Below, piece by piece: positions 19,777-29,210 of a DNA stretch of 64,000 nt; positions within the stretch are counted from its first letter, which is position 1; every line of letters begins with the position of its first letter. The stretch is from an uncultured Thermococci archaeon. GTDB lineage: Archaea > Methanobacteriota_B > Thermococci > Methanofastidiosales > B48-G16. The DNA lies in assembly GCA_964595645.1 (NCBI GenBank), contig CAZQQT010000002.1:165309-229308 (forward strand), in the 5' to 3' direction. The translations under genes and the position numbers were made by a program. The notes under the pieces were generated by a model that saw only the letters and a list, made by a program, of their open reading frames with translations, did not search any database and was not told where the DNA came from.

Positions 19777-20628
19777 ATGGACGACTTTAAAAAGCCGATT
19801 GTGGTCTGCCTTGCAGTCAACGGTGCACTATTCACAATAAAATTTTTTGTAAGCATCGTTTCGGATAGTGCAGCTATATTCTCTGAAGCATTAAATTCCT
19901 TTTCAGACCTTATTTATACTGCAATTCTTCTTTTCGGGCTACACATCGCAATGAAAGCACCGGATGAAGATCATCCATATGGTCATCGACGGATCGAGCC
20001 ACTTATCAGTCTTCTTATCAGTGTATCCATCTTTTATGTGGGGTATCAGGCTGTGAGCCGTAGTATCTCACAAATAAAAACACCAGAAACTGTTATAGGG
20101 TATACACCAATCATTGTGCTTCTTGTTTCTATTTTTGTGAAATTCTTGATCTCCTTTTACCTCGAATCGGAAGGAAAACGCCATGGGATGCCCGCACTTC
20201 TTGCCACGGCAAAGGACTGTAAAAGCGACTCTCTCGCCTCTCTCTCAGCGCTCATAGGGGTGGTGGGAAACAAATTGGGATACTTAGTACTGGATCCTGT
20301 GGCGGGAATTCTCGTTTCCCTCTGGATCTTTGCCACAGGAATTAGTATTGTACGGGAGAATATTGGTTATCTTATTGGGAAAGCACCGCCAGAATCTGTG
20401 ATCACGACAATAGAGGAAAAAATAAAGCAAACTCCTAATGTGAGGGATCCTCACGATATAAAAGCTCACTATGTAGGCCCAAAGCTCCACGTCTCCGTGC
20501 ATGTTTATGTACCAAAGGACAAGAGTTTTGAGGAGATACACAGACTGGAGGAACGTATTGCAAAGAAAATTGAAGAGATGGACGAAGTGGATACCGCATT
20601 TGTGCACGTGGATCCTGTTAGTGAGTAA
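19777..20628 (+). CDS. Cation diffusion facilitator (FieF-like)
   Basis: PDEDHPYGH.R.E, D.KSD, LDP; C-terminal dimerisation domain FVHVDP. Confidence 0.92.
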   Translation: MDDFKKPIVVCLAVNGALFTIKFFVSIVSDSAAIFSEALNSFSDLIYTAILLFGLHIAMKAPDEDHPYGHRRIEPLISLLISVSIFYVGYQAVSRSISQIKTPETVIGYTPIIVLLVSIFVKFLISFYLESEGKRHGMPALLATAKDCKSDSLASLSALIGVVGNKLGYLVLDPVAGILVSLWIFATGISIVRENIGYLIGKAPPESVITTIEEKIKQTPNVRDPHDIKAHYVGPKLHVSVHVYVPKDKSFEEIHRLEERIAKKIEEMDEVDTAFVHVDPVSE

Positions 20629-20718
20629 TATGCATTTTGCAACTTTAGTAGGAATATCAAAATTTATCGAAAGACTTAAAGCCTGGAAATCACATAAAAG
20701 AGGAAAGGAGTAGATCTC

Positions 20719-21573
20719 ATGAACAACAAAAAAGAAGAAGTAAAATATTGTCCAAAATGTGGATCCCCAATTAAGGAGGATTCCAAATTTTGTGAAAACT
20801 GCGGCTTCGATCTCTCAGAAAGGAAGAAAGAAGAAAAGAAGGAAGTGAAAAAAACACCGGCAACGATCGATCCAAAGATCATTGGAGTCATCGCATTAAT
20901 TGTTGTAATAGCTATAGGAGGGCTTTACGTTCTCTTTTTAGATAAAGGAGGAAAGGATCTCACAACAGAAACTCCTGTTCCTACAACATCAGCAGGAGCG
21001 ACGGTGGTACCAACTACCACAGCTGCTTCTACTACAACAGCTCCCCCCACTACCACAGCCGCCCCTACTACTACTGCGGCTCCCACGACGACAGCCGCCC
21101 CTACTACACCACCATCTACTACACCAGCACCTACTACCCCCATTCCAACAACGCCAGCATCCGCACCCCCTCAGACTATCTTAACAGGGGGAATGAATGA
21201 TTCACTTGATGATGGGCGACTTTCTGTAGTAGTATGGAATGTTACGTCTTCCTATCGTGGATGGCGTCCCGGAGGATACTTCGTAGAGGTATTTATTGTC
21301 AATACGGCAAAGAAGGAGCTACAGTGGAAACCGACAGTAATGAAGGCAATTGATTCTACCGGAACATCCGTTGAGTGTACCATTGAAAACTCATTTATTC
21401 TTTCAGGAACAGAGGAAAAACTCAGCGTCGTTGAACAAGTTTTTGATCCTGATGAGGGATTTCGATTATGGCTCAACTTTGAAACGGGCATGTACCTCCC
21501 AAAAACATTCATACTGGTGAACGAGTACAGCGATGGCTCCACCACACGGTGGGAAATAACACTGCAGTTGTAG
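20719..21573 (+). CDS. Zn-ribbon + TM + Thr/Pro linker + extracellular beta domain
   Basis: CPKCG...FCENCG, a single TM, (A)PTTT repeats. Confidence 0.85.
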   Translation: MNNKKEEVKYCPKCGSPIKEDSKFCENCGFDLSERKKEEKKEVKKTPATIDPKIIGVIALIVVIAIGGLYVLFLDKGGKDLTTETPVPTTSAGATVVPTTTAASTTTAPPTTTAAPTTTAAPTTTAAPTTPPSTTPAPTTPIPTTPASAPPQTILTGGMNDSLDDGRLSVVVWNVTSSYRGWRPGGYFVEVFIVNTAKKELQWKPTVMKAIDSTGTSVECTIENSFILSGTEEKLSVVEQVFDPDEGFRLWLNFETGMYLPKTFILVNEYSDGSTTRWEITLQL

Positions 21574-21715
21574 TTCTTTTCTTTTTATATAATGTTACCA
21601 GAAAGGGTGGATCTTTCATAGAGTTTAACGAACCCACCCAAAAAAAGTTACTTCTCATTAATATGTTATTATTTTAGGCGAAAAGAATAAATATCAGAAA
21701 ATATCTACTACTAAT

Positions 21716-22009
21716 ATGAAGGAGAATTTGGACGAAGTAAGAGAACATGTTCGTGTACTAGGACGCAAAGGATTTTATGAGATACTTACGCACATAAAAA
21801 ACAATGATCGGGTTATCCTCTCGGATCTCCTTCCCATTGCCGGCCACGGCACCGTCATGGACAGACGGGAAGAGCTTCTCGATCTGGGGTTGATCTCCGA
21901 TAAAAAGATCAAAGAAGGGAGACGGAACTACATTGTGTACGAACTGACACCGAAGGGGGAGAAGTTCTTGACACAGTTGGATAAACTGGTGGAAATACTT
22001 ATGGAATGA
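21716..22009 (+). CDS. Small winged-HTH transcription regulator (HxlR/PadR-like)
   Basis: L..LGLI...YELTPKGE wing motif. Confidence 0.75.
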   Translation: MKENLDEVREHVRVLGRKGFYEILTHIKNNDRVILSDLLPIAGHGTVMDRREELLDLGLISDKKIKEGRRNYIVYELTPKGEKFLTQLDKLVEILME

Positions 22010-22101
22010 CGTGTTTCTCAAAAAGTGACAGTAAAGTATATCTTTAATTAGTTTTTCTTTTCAATAGAAACATTTATATATTCTTTTCCAGATGAATACC
22101 A

Positions 22102-22875
22102 ATGAAAAATGAACATCGAGAAACTAACAGCAAGTTTCGGTTTCTACAAAATTTTAACGCACTTATGGGTGTGTTCCACCTAATACAGGCTGTGTCAATG
22201 ATACTACTGAGCAACGAGTTTTCTCTGCCCATAACAAAGACATTTCTCCGATTTAATGAAGCGACCTCACGACTTGTGCCGGTAACAGAAGAGGTTACAA
22301 CGCTACGTATCGGACCTGCAGTCGCGCTCTTCCTTTTGACGTCCGCTGTGGCACACTTTATTCTCGCCTCTCCCATGGGCTACCCGTGGTACGTGAAAAA
22401 CTTGAAAAAGCACATTAATTACCTTCGTTGGATCGAATACTCACTTAGCGCGTCATGGATGATTGTACTCATTGCAATGTTAGTTGGTATCTATGATGTT
22501 GGTACACTGTTGGCCCTCTTTGGACTGACAGCGGTCATGAACCTCTGTGGCCTGATCATGGAGATCCATAATCGAACGACAGAGACAACGAACTGGACTT
22601 CGTACATTGTCGGCTGCATTGCAGGCATCATCCCGTGGATAGTAATATTCATTTCGCTTACCAGTGCAGGAACGGTGCCGGACTTTGTGATTGCGATATT
22701 TATCTCAATTGCAGTGTTTTTCAACCTCTTCGCTATCAACATGGTACTTCAGTATAAAAAGGTCTGGAAATGGAAGAATTACTTATACGGCGAGAAAATG
22801 TACATTTTACTCAGTCTTCTGGCAAAATCAGCGCTTGCATGGCAAGTATTCGCAGGAACGCTTCGTCCCGTCTAA
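22102..22875 (+). CDS. Heliorhodopsin
   Basis: FHLIQA, AHF, RWIEYSLSAS, MNLCG, GEKMYILLSLLAK (Schiff-base Lys); 7 TM. Confidence 0.95.
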   Translation: MKNEHRETNSKFRFLQNFNALMGVFHLIQAVSMILLSNEFSLPITKTFLRFNEATSRLVPVTEEVTTLRIGPAVALFLLTSAVAHFILASPMGYPWYVKNLKKHINYLRWIEYSLSASWMIVLIAMLVGIYDVGTLLALFGLTAVMNLCGLIMEIHNRTTETTNWTSYIVGCIAGIIPWIVIFISLTSAGTVPDFVIAIFISIAVFFNLFAINMVLQYKKVWKWKNYLYGEKMYILLSLLAKSALAWQVFAGTLRPV

Positions 22876-22897
22876 TCTTTTCTTCTTTTTCTTTTTC
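22876..22897 (+). terminator. Oligo-T terminator after heliorhodopsin
   Basis: TCTTTTCTTCTTTTTCTTTTTC. Confidence 0.6.
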
Positions 22898-22914
22898 AGC
22901 ATCATTTAGAAGAG

Positions 22915-23005
22915 CTCGGAGAGGAGACAATGATGGTACCGGTGGCTTGCTGGTGATCCAATGGCCGAGCACACGATGACTGTTCTCCTCTCCGAGGGGA
23001 GGCCA
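22915..23005 (-). ncRNA. Candidate structured small RNA (long hairpin)
   Basis: Perfect 13-bp arms at 22915-22927 and 22984-22996; minus-strand BRE/TATA at about 23029-23043. Confidence 0.35.
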
Positions 23006-23077
23006 ACGGAGACATAGCATTCCGTACCTATAAAAAGCTTTTTGCTATTATAACAGGGAAAAAATGTCTTCATTTTC

Positions 23078-24406
23078 TCATGAAATACTCTCGACAATCC
23101 ATGCTGTCCGTTCTATCCGCATTTTTTCTGTGTCACCTTCCCCCCAGAACCACCAGAGTGGGACCTGCAAAAATTGTGCGACATAGTTATTAGGTGCGAA
23201 GGGGACAAGGGAGATATTGTATCCTTTATTCAGAATCACTCGGTTGTTATCCATGTTGTCGAAGTAATACTCTCGGTTAGCAGGTTCAACCTGCCCAATG
23301 TTCGGATCCACGGGGATCCATCCAAATGGCTCGAGATAGAACTCGGCCCAGGCATGGGTATTCGCTATCCCAGAAACTGCCCAGTAGCCTACCACAGGAC
23401 GTGCTGGGATGCCGTGGGCTCTACACAGCGCTACAAAAAGCGCTGCATAATCACTACACTCACCTTTCCCTGTGGTTAGACATTCTTTTGCACCGAACAA
23501 TCCCTTTCCCAATCGTTCATACTGCACAGTATCGATTATATAGTCGTAGAACTTACGAGCAACGAGATACGGATTTGTTTCTTCGCCGGCTACCTGATTA
23601 GCAGTGGCAATTATCTGTTGATCTGCTGCCTCAATAAACTGTTCTGAGCGAGTGTACAGGTCGTAGAGTGGATCAGCCGTATCGTACGACTCAACACTTG
23701 CTGGATCGATATTCGTCACCGTTTCATACGCAGTAAAGGAGAATTTGAGGATAAATTGGGCACTTTCTCCTGAGACGGGAGTGGATTGTTGCCAGTAATA
23801 GATGCCATTCCCGAATACAGGATCTGTTCCTTCCTCAGTTGGTGGAGGGTCTACCGTTTCTATCGTGATATCCCGTTGGCCACCCCATGCAATGGGCCGG
23901 GGCTGGTATACTCGCAGCTCATCGAGAGTAAACCCCTCATTGTACACAGTGACTATATAGGTTACACGGTACCGCTGCGGATTTTGGAAGGTAAGTGGGT
24001 CCGCGGGTTCTGCAGTGACATGAATCGTCCTTGTGATATTTCCTGCAGAAATTTCTACGTTCCCCTCAACGCCTACTGTTTCCCGGAATTCAACTGTTCG
24101 ATATCCTTTACCTTCTATTTCTATGGATTGATTCATCTTTTTATTCCCTAGCGTCACGGAAACGGTATATTTACCAGAAACATCTCCTTTGTTTTGGACA
24201 TCCACAGGTATAATTATTGCATCTCCCACCGTAACACTCTCAGGAGCTACACGCAGATCAACGACCTCAAACGCTGGAGGTGCAGCCGTTGGAGACGGTT
24301 GTGTGGTAGGAGGTGTTGTTGATTCAGATGGGACACTGATACACCCAACAAATAGCATGATCACTAGTCCAATTCCTATAATTTTAGGGAGAATTGTTTT
24401 TTCCAT
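23078..24406 (-). CDS. Lipoprotein with CARDB/Ig-like and transglutaminase-like domains
   Basis: Lipobox FVGC; triad motifs GECSDYA, HAWAEFY, WIPVDP. Confidence 0.9.
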   Translation of the reverse strand: MEKTILPKIIGIGLVIMLFVGCISVPSESTTPPTTQPSPTAAPPAFEVVDLRVAPESVTVGDAIIIPVDVQNKGDVSGKYTVSVTLGNKKMNQSIEIEGKGYRTVEFRETVGVEGNVEISAGNITRTIHVTAEPADPLTFQNPQRYRVTYIVTVYNEGFTLDELRVYQPRPIAWGGQRDITIETVDPPPTEEGTDPVFGNGIYYWQQSTPVSGESAQFILKFSFTAYETVTNIDPASVESYDTADPLYDLYTRSEQFIEAADQQIIATANQVAGEETNPYLVARKFYDYIIDTVQYERLGKGLFGAKECLTTGKGECSDYAALFVALCRAHGIPARPVVGYWAVSGIANTHAWAEFYLEPFGWIPVDPNIGQVEPANREYYFDNMDNNRVILNKGYNISLVPFAPNNYVAQFLQVPLWWFWGEGDTEKMRIERTAWIVESIS

Positions 24407-24547
24407 ATCAATCGAGTGCTTTTTGTCTTTTTATGGTTTGGGGCTGAGTAGATTATAGACGTTGTGTGAGTCATGTAGTCATTTCTGAAATCTGAGAGAT
24501 GAAAGTATTCTTTGGAGTGCAGTGAGGGCACTTTCAACAAGAATAAG

Positions 24548-24620
24548 GGCCAGGGCCGGGATTTGAACCCGAGTCAAAGGATCCACAGTCCTTTAGGATA
24601 ACCGCTACCCTACCCCAGCC
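24548..24620 (-). tRNA. tRNA-His(GTG), G-1 genomically encoded, full CCA not encoded
   Basis: Cloverleaf GGCTGGGGTAGGGTAGCGG...AAGGA-CT-GTG-GA-TCCTT...GGTTCAAATCC...CCCTGGCC; TTTTAAAA box about 26 nt upstream. Confidence 0.95.
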
Positions 24621-24725
24621 ATTGTTACCTCTGTTACTCGTTTTGCTTTTAAAAGGTTACTGTTAACCACACAGCAAAGAATTTATAGCTGGATATAGTA
24701 ATGCAGAGTAAGCGAGGAATGATCC

Positions 24726-25058
24726 ATGGAATCTACATCACCTCTTAAAAGTAGATATAATCAGTTCAAACATCATGCATGGGCAGGTCTCGGAGCGCTC
24801 TCCTTATTTTTTGCAGCAACACGATTTTTTTCAGTTCCGGATACCCTAGCTGCAGTAATCACTACGATACTAACGATCTACGCAGGCACTGCACTGGTCC
24901 TCACGTACAGATATAGAAAAGAATTTTATCTGAAGGAGGTTGACACCCTGGAGGGAAAAGAAAAGGAAAAATTGGAAAAAAAGAAAGCAAAAAATGAAGA
25001 AAAAATACAAAAAAAGAAATTAAAAGCAGAATTAAAGGCGCAAAAAAAGCTAGAGTGA
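24726..25058 (+). CDS. Hypothetical two-TM protein with Lys/Glu-rich tail
   Basis: GAGG RBS, hydrophobic helices, charged C-terminus. Confidence 0.7.
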   Translation: MESTSPLKSRYNQFKHHAWAGLGALSLFFAATRFFSVPDTLAAVITTILTIYAGTALVLTYRYRKEFYLKEVDTLEGKEKEKLEKKKAKNEEKIQKKKLKAELKAQKKLE

Positions 25059-25136
25059 CCGTAAACAAACTACTTCCATCTGGAACACTTTTATGTCCCC
25101 ATCATATTTAAATAACTCTCTGTGCCTTGTATTAGT

Positions 25137-25253
25137 ATGGAGCTCGATGAGTATGTGTATCTGGCGCTCATCCTTGTGATACTCTTTTGGTTGCGAGATC
25201 TGACCAAACGGATCTGGAATCTCGAGAAAAAGATAAAAAACAAGCCCTCGTAG
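25137..25253 (+). CDS. Putative leaderless 38-aa single-TM peptide whose stop codon lies inside tRNA-Arg
   Basis: MELDEYVYLALILVILFWLRDLTKRIWNLEKKIKNKPS*; TTTAAATA at 25107-25114. Confidence 0.5.
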   Translation: MELDEYVYLALILVILFWLRDLTKRIWNLEKKIKNKPS

Positions 25254-25315
25254 TCTAGCGGATAGGACAGTGGCCTGCGGAGCCGCAAACCCGGGTTCGA
25301 ATCCCGGCGAGGGCA
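25244..25315 (+). tRNA. tRNA-Arg(GCG)
   Basis: Acceptor GCCCTCG/CGAGGGC, anticodon arm GTGGC-CT-GCG-GA-GCCGC, T-loop GGTTCGAATCC. Confidence 0.95.
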
Positions 25316-25568
25316 TAGCACCCTTAATATAACTTCAACAGTAAAACTATTAAAGGGACGTTCCGAAAATATCCATGGCAGAAACTTCTCTCTATGATTA
25401 TAACTCTACTATTTTCCTATTTAGTAAGTTTAGAAGAAGTCTAATTAGCAATATTAAAGACAAATTTCCCATATTCATCGGAAGGTTCTTTTGTTCACTC
25501 TCTGTCCCGCAAACTTTTTATATTTATAAGAAATCAAGGGTAGTATACAATATCAAGAGAGGCCCGTT

Positions 25569-26132
25569 ATGACAAAACGAAAAAGTAAAAAACAAAAAGA
25601 GATATTACAGGAGCTTTTAAGAGATAGCAACCAGTCATGTAGTAAAATTGCAGAGAAGCTTGGAATGCATCATAATACAGTGAAGAAATATATTTCAGAG
25701 TATGAAAAAGAACAAATTATTTTGGGCAATAGTTGTGATATTGCATTTGAAAAAATTGCTAGCACGTATATGGTCTTGATTCGGTGCACCCCCCTGGGAA
25801 AAGAAGATTATAAACTTTTAAAAAAAAGGATAGAGAATGAAAAGTTAAATACAGCAAAATTAAAAGTTATAGACTCTTTTTTCACTGTAGGAGAGTTTCA
25901 GAACGTTTTGCTTGTAATGTGTACGAATGTGTCTGAACTCCAAAAATATTTGAATTTTCTTGTAAAACATTACGCAACATTTATCCAATCCTACGTTGTA
26001 CTTCAAGTTTCACGAACAAACCAAAGGAATCTTCATCCTAACTTAGACTGGAGAGGATTGATGGAGCTAGTAGAGTTTGAAGAAGATGAATCATCATCTG
26101 CGAATGAAAAGGTACTGGTGAAAGAGGACTAA
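25569..26132 (+). CDS. Lrp/AsnC family regulator
   Basis: N-terminal HTH (IL..L..D...S...IA..LG.H..TV); RAM-like C-terminal domain (TVGEF). Confidence 0.8.
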   Translation: MTKRKSKKQKEILQELLRDSNQSCSKIAEKLGMHHNTVKKYISEYEKEQIILGNSCDIAFEKIASTYMVLIRCTPLGKEDYKLLKKRIENEKLNTAKLKVIDSFFTVGEFQNVLLVMCTNVSELQKYLNFLVKHYATFIQSYVVLQVSRTNQRNLHPNLDWRGLMELVEFEEDESSSANEKVLVKED

Positions 26133-26431
26133 TTCTTATCAAATGATATCAAGTTAAAGGTTCTTTTAGATCATCAGGTATTTCTGTCTTATTCTTCTAT
26201 TTCTAATAAGATATAACTTTCAGATTTCATATAATCGTTAATAATGATTATCAGAAATCTATAAATACTTTTAAAATAGATCCAAGATGGATATTTAAAG
26301 AAAAAAAATGAATAATTATAGCAATTTAAATATGCTGTATTATGAAAACTTCAAAATAGAAATTTGAGTTATACCACTATCATAGATCTATATGGCAAGA
26401 AATTAATTAAAAAACAAGAGGATAGACACTC

Positions 26432-27319
26432 ATGAGCCTACGTAATTCCTTATCCGTTTCCCCGAAAATAGTCTTGGTTATTGGAGTAGTAGCAGTCTCA
26501 ACAGCCCCCATATTTATAAGGTTAGCACAAAGGGAGGTACCTTCATTGGCTATAGCCACATGGCGTATGACATTAGCTTCTTTTTTCTTGTTACCTTTCG
26601 TTTTTAGAAGAGGACAAATAAAAGTAAAAAAGCTAAAAAGAGTAAAATGGGGTTTTATGGTAATTTCTGGCCTTTTTTTAGCAATACATTTCGCTACCAT
26701 GATTGTCGGTCTTTCTTTGACCTCTGTTGCAATATTGGCGGTTTTAGTAACCACCCATCCGCTTTTCGTTGCGTTGTTTTCATATTTATATTTAAACGAG
26801 GCAATGTCTAGATCAAAGATAGTGGGAATTGCAATTGCATTTATGGGAATTATAGTTATAGCAACGGGAGAGATAGGTCAGGGTACTCACAATCTAATGG
26901 GGGATCTTTTAGCACTTGTAAGTGCGGTAACGATGGCCGGGTATTTGTTGATTGGTCGTCAAATGCGAAAACAACTTCCACTATCTACGTATATTTTTTT
27001 GGTGTACGCTATAGCAGCATTTTCTTTGTTAATAACTATATACATACTTGAAATTCCACTAATTGGCTATTCTACTCAAACTTGGATTTGGATACTTTTA
27101 TTATCTCTTATTCCTCAGGTTATAGGGCATTCCTTACTAAATTGGGCGTTAAGGTACGTAACCGCTACAATTGTTTCATTACAAGTACTAGCAGCACCCG
27201 TCATAGCGAGCTTTTTAGCTTGGATTGTACTATCAGAGACACCGACCCTTATAACGATTTTTGGGGCTTTCTTTGTTTTATACGGCATATTTATTGCAAA
27301 TCATTTATCCAAACATTAG
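26432..27319 (+). CDS. DMT/EamA family transporter
   Basis: About 10 TM; SGLFLAIHF, GDLLAL, GHSLLNWAL. Confidence 0.9.
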   Translation: MSLRNSLSVSPKIVLVIGVVAVSTAPIFIRLAQREVPSLAIATWRMTLASFFLLPFVFRRGQIKVKKLKRVKWGFMVISGLFLAIHFATMIVGLSLTSVAILAVLVTTHPLFVALFSYLYLNEAMSRSKIVGIAIAFMGIIVIATGEIGQGTHNLMGDLLALVSAVTMAGYLLIGRQMRKQLPLSTYIFLVYAIAAFSLLITIYILEIPLIGYSTQTWIWILLLSLIPQVIGHSLLNWALRYVTATIVSLQVLAAPVIASFLAWIVLSETPTLITIFGAFFVLYGIFIANHLSKH

Positions 27320-27462
27320 GAAGAATAGATAGTATTTGCAATATTTCATATATTCTTAATAAACATGTAATAGAAACGATTAGTCAATTATTTATACTAA
27401 TCGCAGATAATATTCAAAAAAGTATATAAATTTATACTTCTTGTATAATATCGGTGAAACAA

Positions 27463-27594
27463 ATGTGGCCAATACCCCCTTATACGTTAGGGACATATAT
27501 ATATGTCGCACTAGCATGGATAGCCATCGTTGCGATCGTAATAGCTGCCATACTACCGTTGACCATTTGGAAAAAAGAGGAGGTGCTTGAGTAA
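27463..27594 (+). CDS. Symporter small accessory membrane peptide (43 aa; absent from the ORF track)
   Basis: MWPIPPYTLGTYIYVALAWIAIVAIVIAAILPLTIWKKEEVLE*; GGTGA RBS; TAATG overlap with the symporter. Confidence 0.75.
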   Translation: MWPIPPYTLGTYIYVALAWIAIVAIVIAAILPLTIWKKEEVLE

Positions 27595-29129
27595 TGGAAA
27601 CGTTAGCAATGTACACATTGATATCTATAGGAGTACTATTTGCAATTCTATTACTGATAGGGTACTTTGGATACGGAAAAACAAAGACACTTTCGGACTA
27701 CTACATTGGTGGAAGAAAGATAGGATTGTGGGTTACTGCTTTTAGTTATGTAGCTACATGGAACAGTGCGGTAACGTACTTGGGAGCTCCTGGTCTAGGG
27801 TATACTTACGGACTTGGTCTTGTAGGACTTGCCGTAGTTGGATCTGTGGGACCCGGACTTATCGGATTTTTCCTCCTTGCAAAAAGACTACGAGTGCAGA
27901 CGGTGAGGCTCGATGCACTGACAATTCCAGACTATATTGAGCAGAGATATCAAAGTGTAAATACAAGAATTATTGCTACTGCCTCTATTCTGATATTTAC
28001 CACTGTGTACCTCGTCGCTCAACTACTGGGAATTTCATATCTGTGGGAAGTACTGATGGGGATTCCCTACCACTATGGAATTATTATCTATGCCATTATC
28101 ATCGCTACGTACACTGCCATCGGTGGATACTTCTCCGTTGCGTGGACCGATCTTTTCCAGGGAATTGTAATGACAGCTGTCGCAATAGCCGTAATACCTT
28201 TTACATTGGCAAAGTTTGGAGGATGGACTAACCTCCATGAAATCGGACTTGAAGCTATGGGAACAGAGTATAACTCCGCACCTGGACTCTTTGGAACATT
28301 TTTCTGGATAACTATCACATTCTATACACTGGGAGCGTTGGGATCTCCACAACTGCATCAGCGACTGTTTGCCTTAAAAGACTGGAAGGTTATAAAATGG
28401 GGAGCATTTCTCATAACTCTTATAGCCTTTATACAGATATTTTCCATGATGTATGGAGGATACGGTGCTCGAGTTGCTGAATACCAAGGACTTATTCCAG
28501 AAGGAGCAATAGATCCGGCCGATACTGCGATGCCCAACTACCTTAAGTATTGCTGGCCTTCGTGGGTAGTCGTACTGTTTACAGTTGGAGTAATGAGTGC
28601 GTCAATGTCTACTAGTGACTCTTTACTGCTCGTATGTAGTCAAGCAGTAAGTAGAGACTTATACCAAAAATTGATAGGACGATGGATGAAAAAAGAAGTC
28701 AGCGATAAAACTACCATGACAATCACGAGATTCGTTGTTTTCGGTGTTGCCTTTATTGCAGTTGCAGCAGCCTGGAGAACGGTGAGTTTCTTAATTGTCA
28801 TTTCATCGATGCAATTAACTGTTGTTGGAGGGACATTCATGCCTGCAGTGATACTCGGATGCTGGTGGAAGAGAGGAACGAAATGGGGAGCAATAGCCTC
28901 TATGCTTGGCGGTCTTATCTCCGCAGTTTCGTTCTATACACCTTGGTTACTTAAACCCTATGTACCTGAGCCTTTCTTCCCCACAATGGTTATTTCCTTT
29001 GCACTTTACATTATCGTAAGTAAACTGACAAAACCAATGCCCAAAGAGCAAATCGATAAATTGTTCGAACCCCCTAAGGAAGCAGAGCTGGTCAAAGGTA
29101 AAAAGGTAGTAGAACATATGAAAGAGTAG
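27594..29129 (+). CDS. Sodium:solute symporter (PutP/PanF-like)
   Basis: DYYIGGR, TIPDYI..RY, GGYFSVAWTD.FQG, SASMSTSDS, WKRGT..GA. Confidence 0.93.
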   Translation: METLAMYTLISIGVLFAILLLIGYFGYGKTKTLSDYYIGGRKIGLWVTAFSYVATWNSAVTYLGAPGLGYTYGLGLVGLAVVGSVGPGLIGFFLLAKRLRVQTVRLDALTIPDYIEQRYQSVNTRIIATASILIFTTVYLVAQLLGISYLWEVLMGIPYHYGIIIYAIIIATYTAIGGYFSVAWTDLFQGIVMTAVAIAVIPFTLAKFGGWTNLHEIGLEAMGTEYNSAPGLFGTFFWITITFYTLGALGSPQLHQRLFALKDWKVIKWGAFLITLIAFIQIFSMMYGGYGARVAEYQGLIPEGAIDPADTAMPNYLKYCWPSWVVVLFTVGVMSASMSTSDSLLLVCSQAVSRDLYQKLIGRWMKKEVSDKTTMTITRFVVFGVAFIAVAAAWRTVSFLIVISSMQLTVVGGTFMPAVILGCWWKRGTKWGAIASMLGGLISAVSFYTPWLLKPYVPEPFFPTMVISFALYIIVSKLTKPMPKEQIDKLFEPPKEAELVKGKKVVEHMKE

Positions 29130-29210
29130 AACCTAGAAATGAAAGAAAAAATCATTTTTTTCTTTTTTCTTTTTACTTTCGCCAAGAGAGGTATTGGCTT
29201 AAAATCAAGG

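Noticed and set aside
20990-21170. Short repeats resembling a CRISPR array or VNTR (also about 36880-37025 and 54650-54800)
   Set aside because: In-frame Pro/Thr linker codons with variable third positions; no repeat-spacer structure and no cas genes.
22928-22980. C/D-box sRNA reading of the hairpin interior
   Set aside because: Boxes are degenerate (ATGATGG, CTGG, ATGA) and I could not identify an rRNA or tRNA target; kept only as a generic ncRNA candidate.
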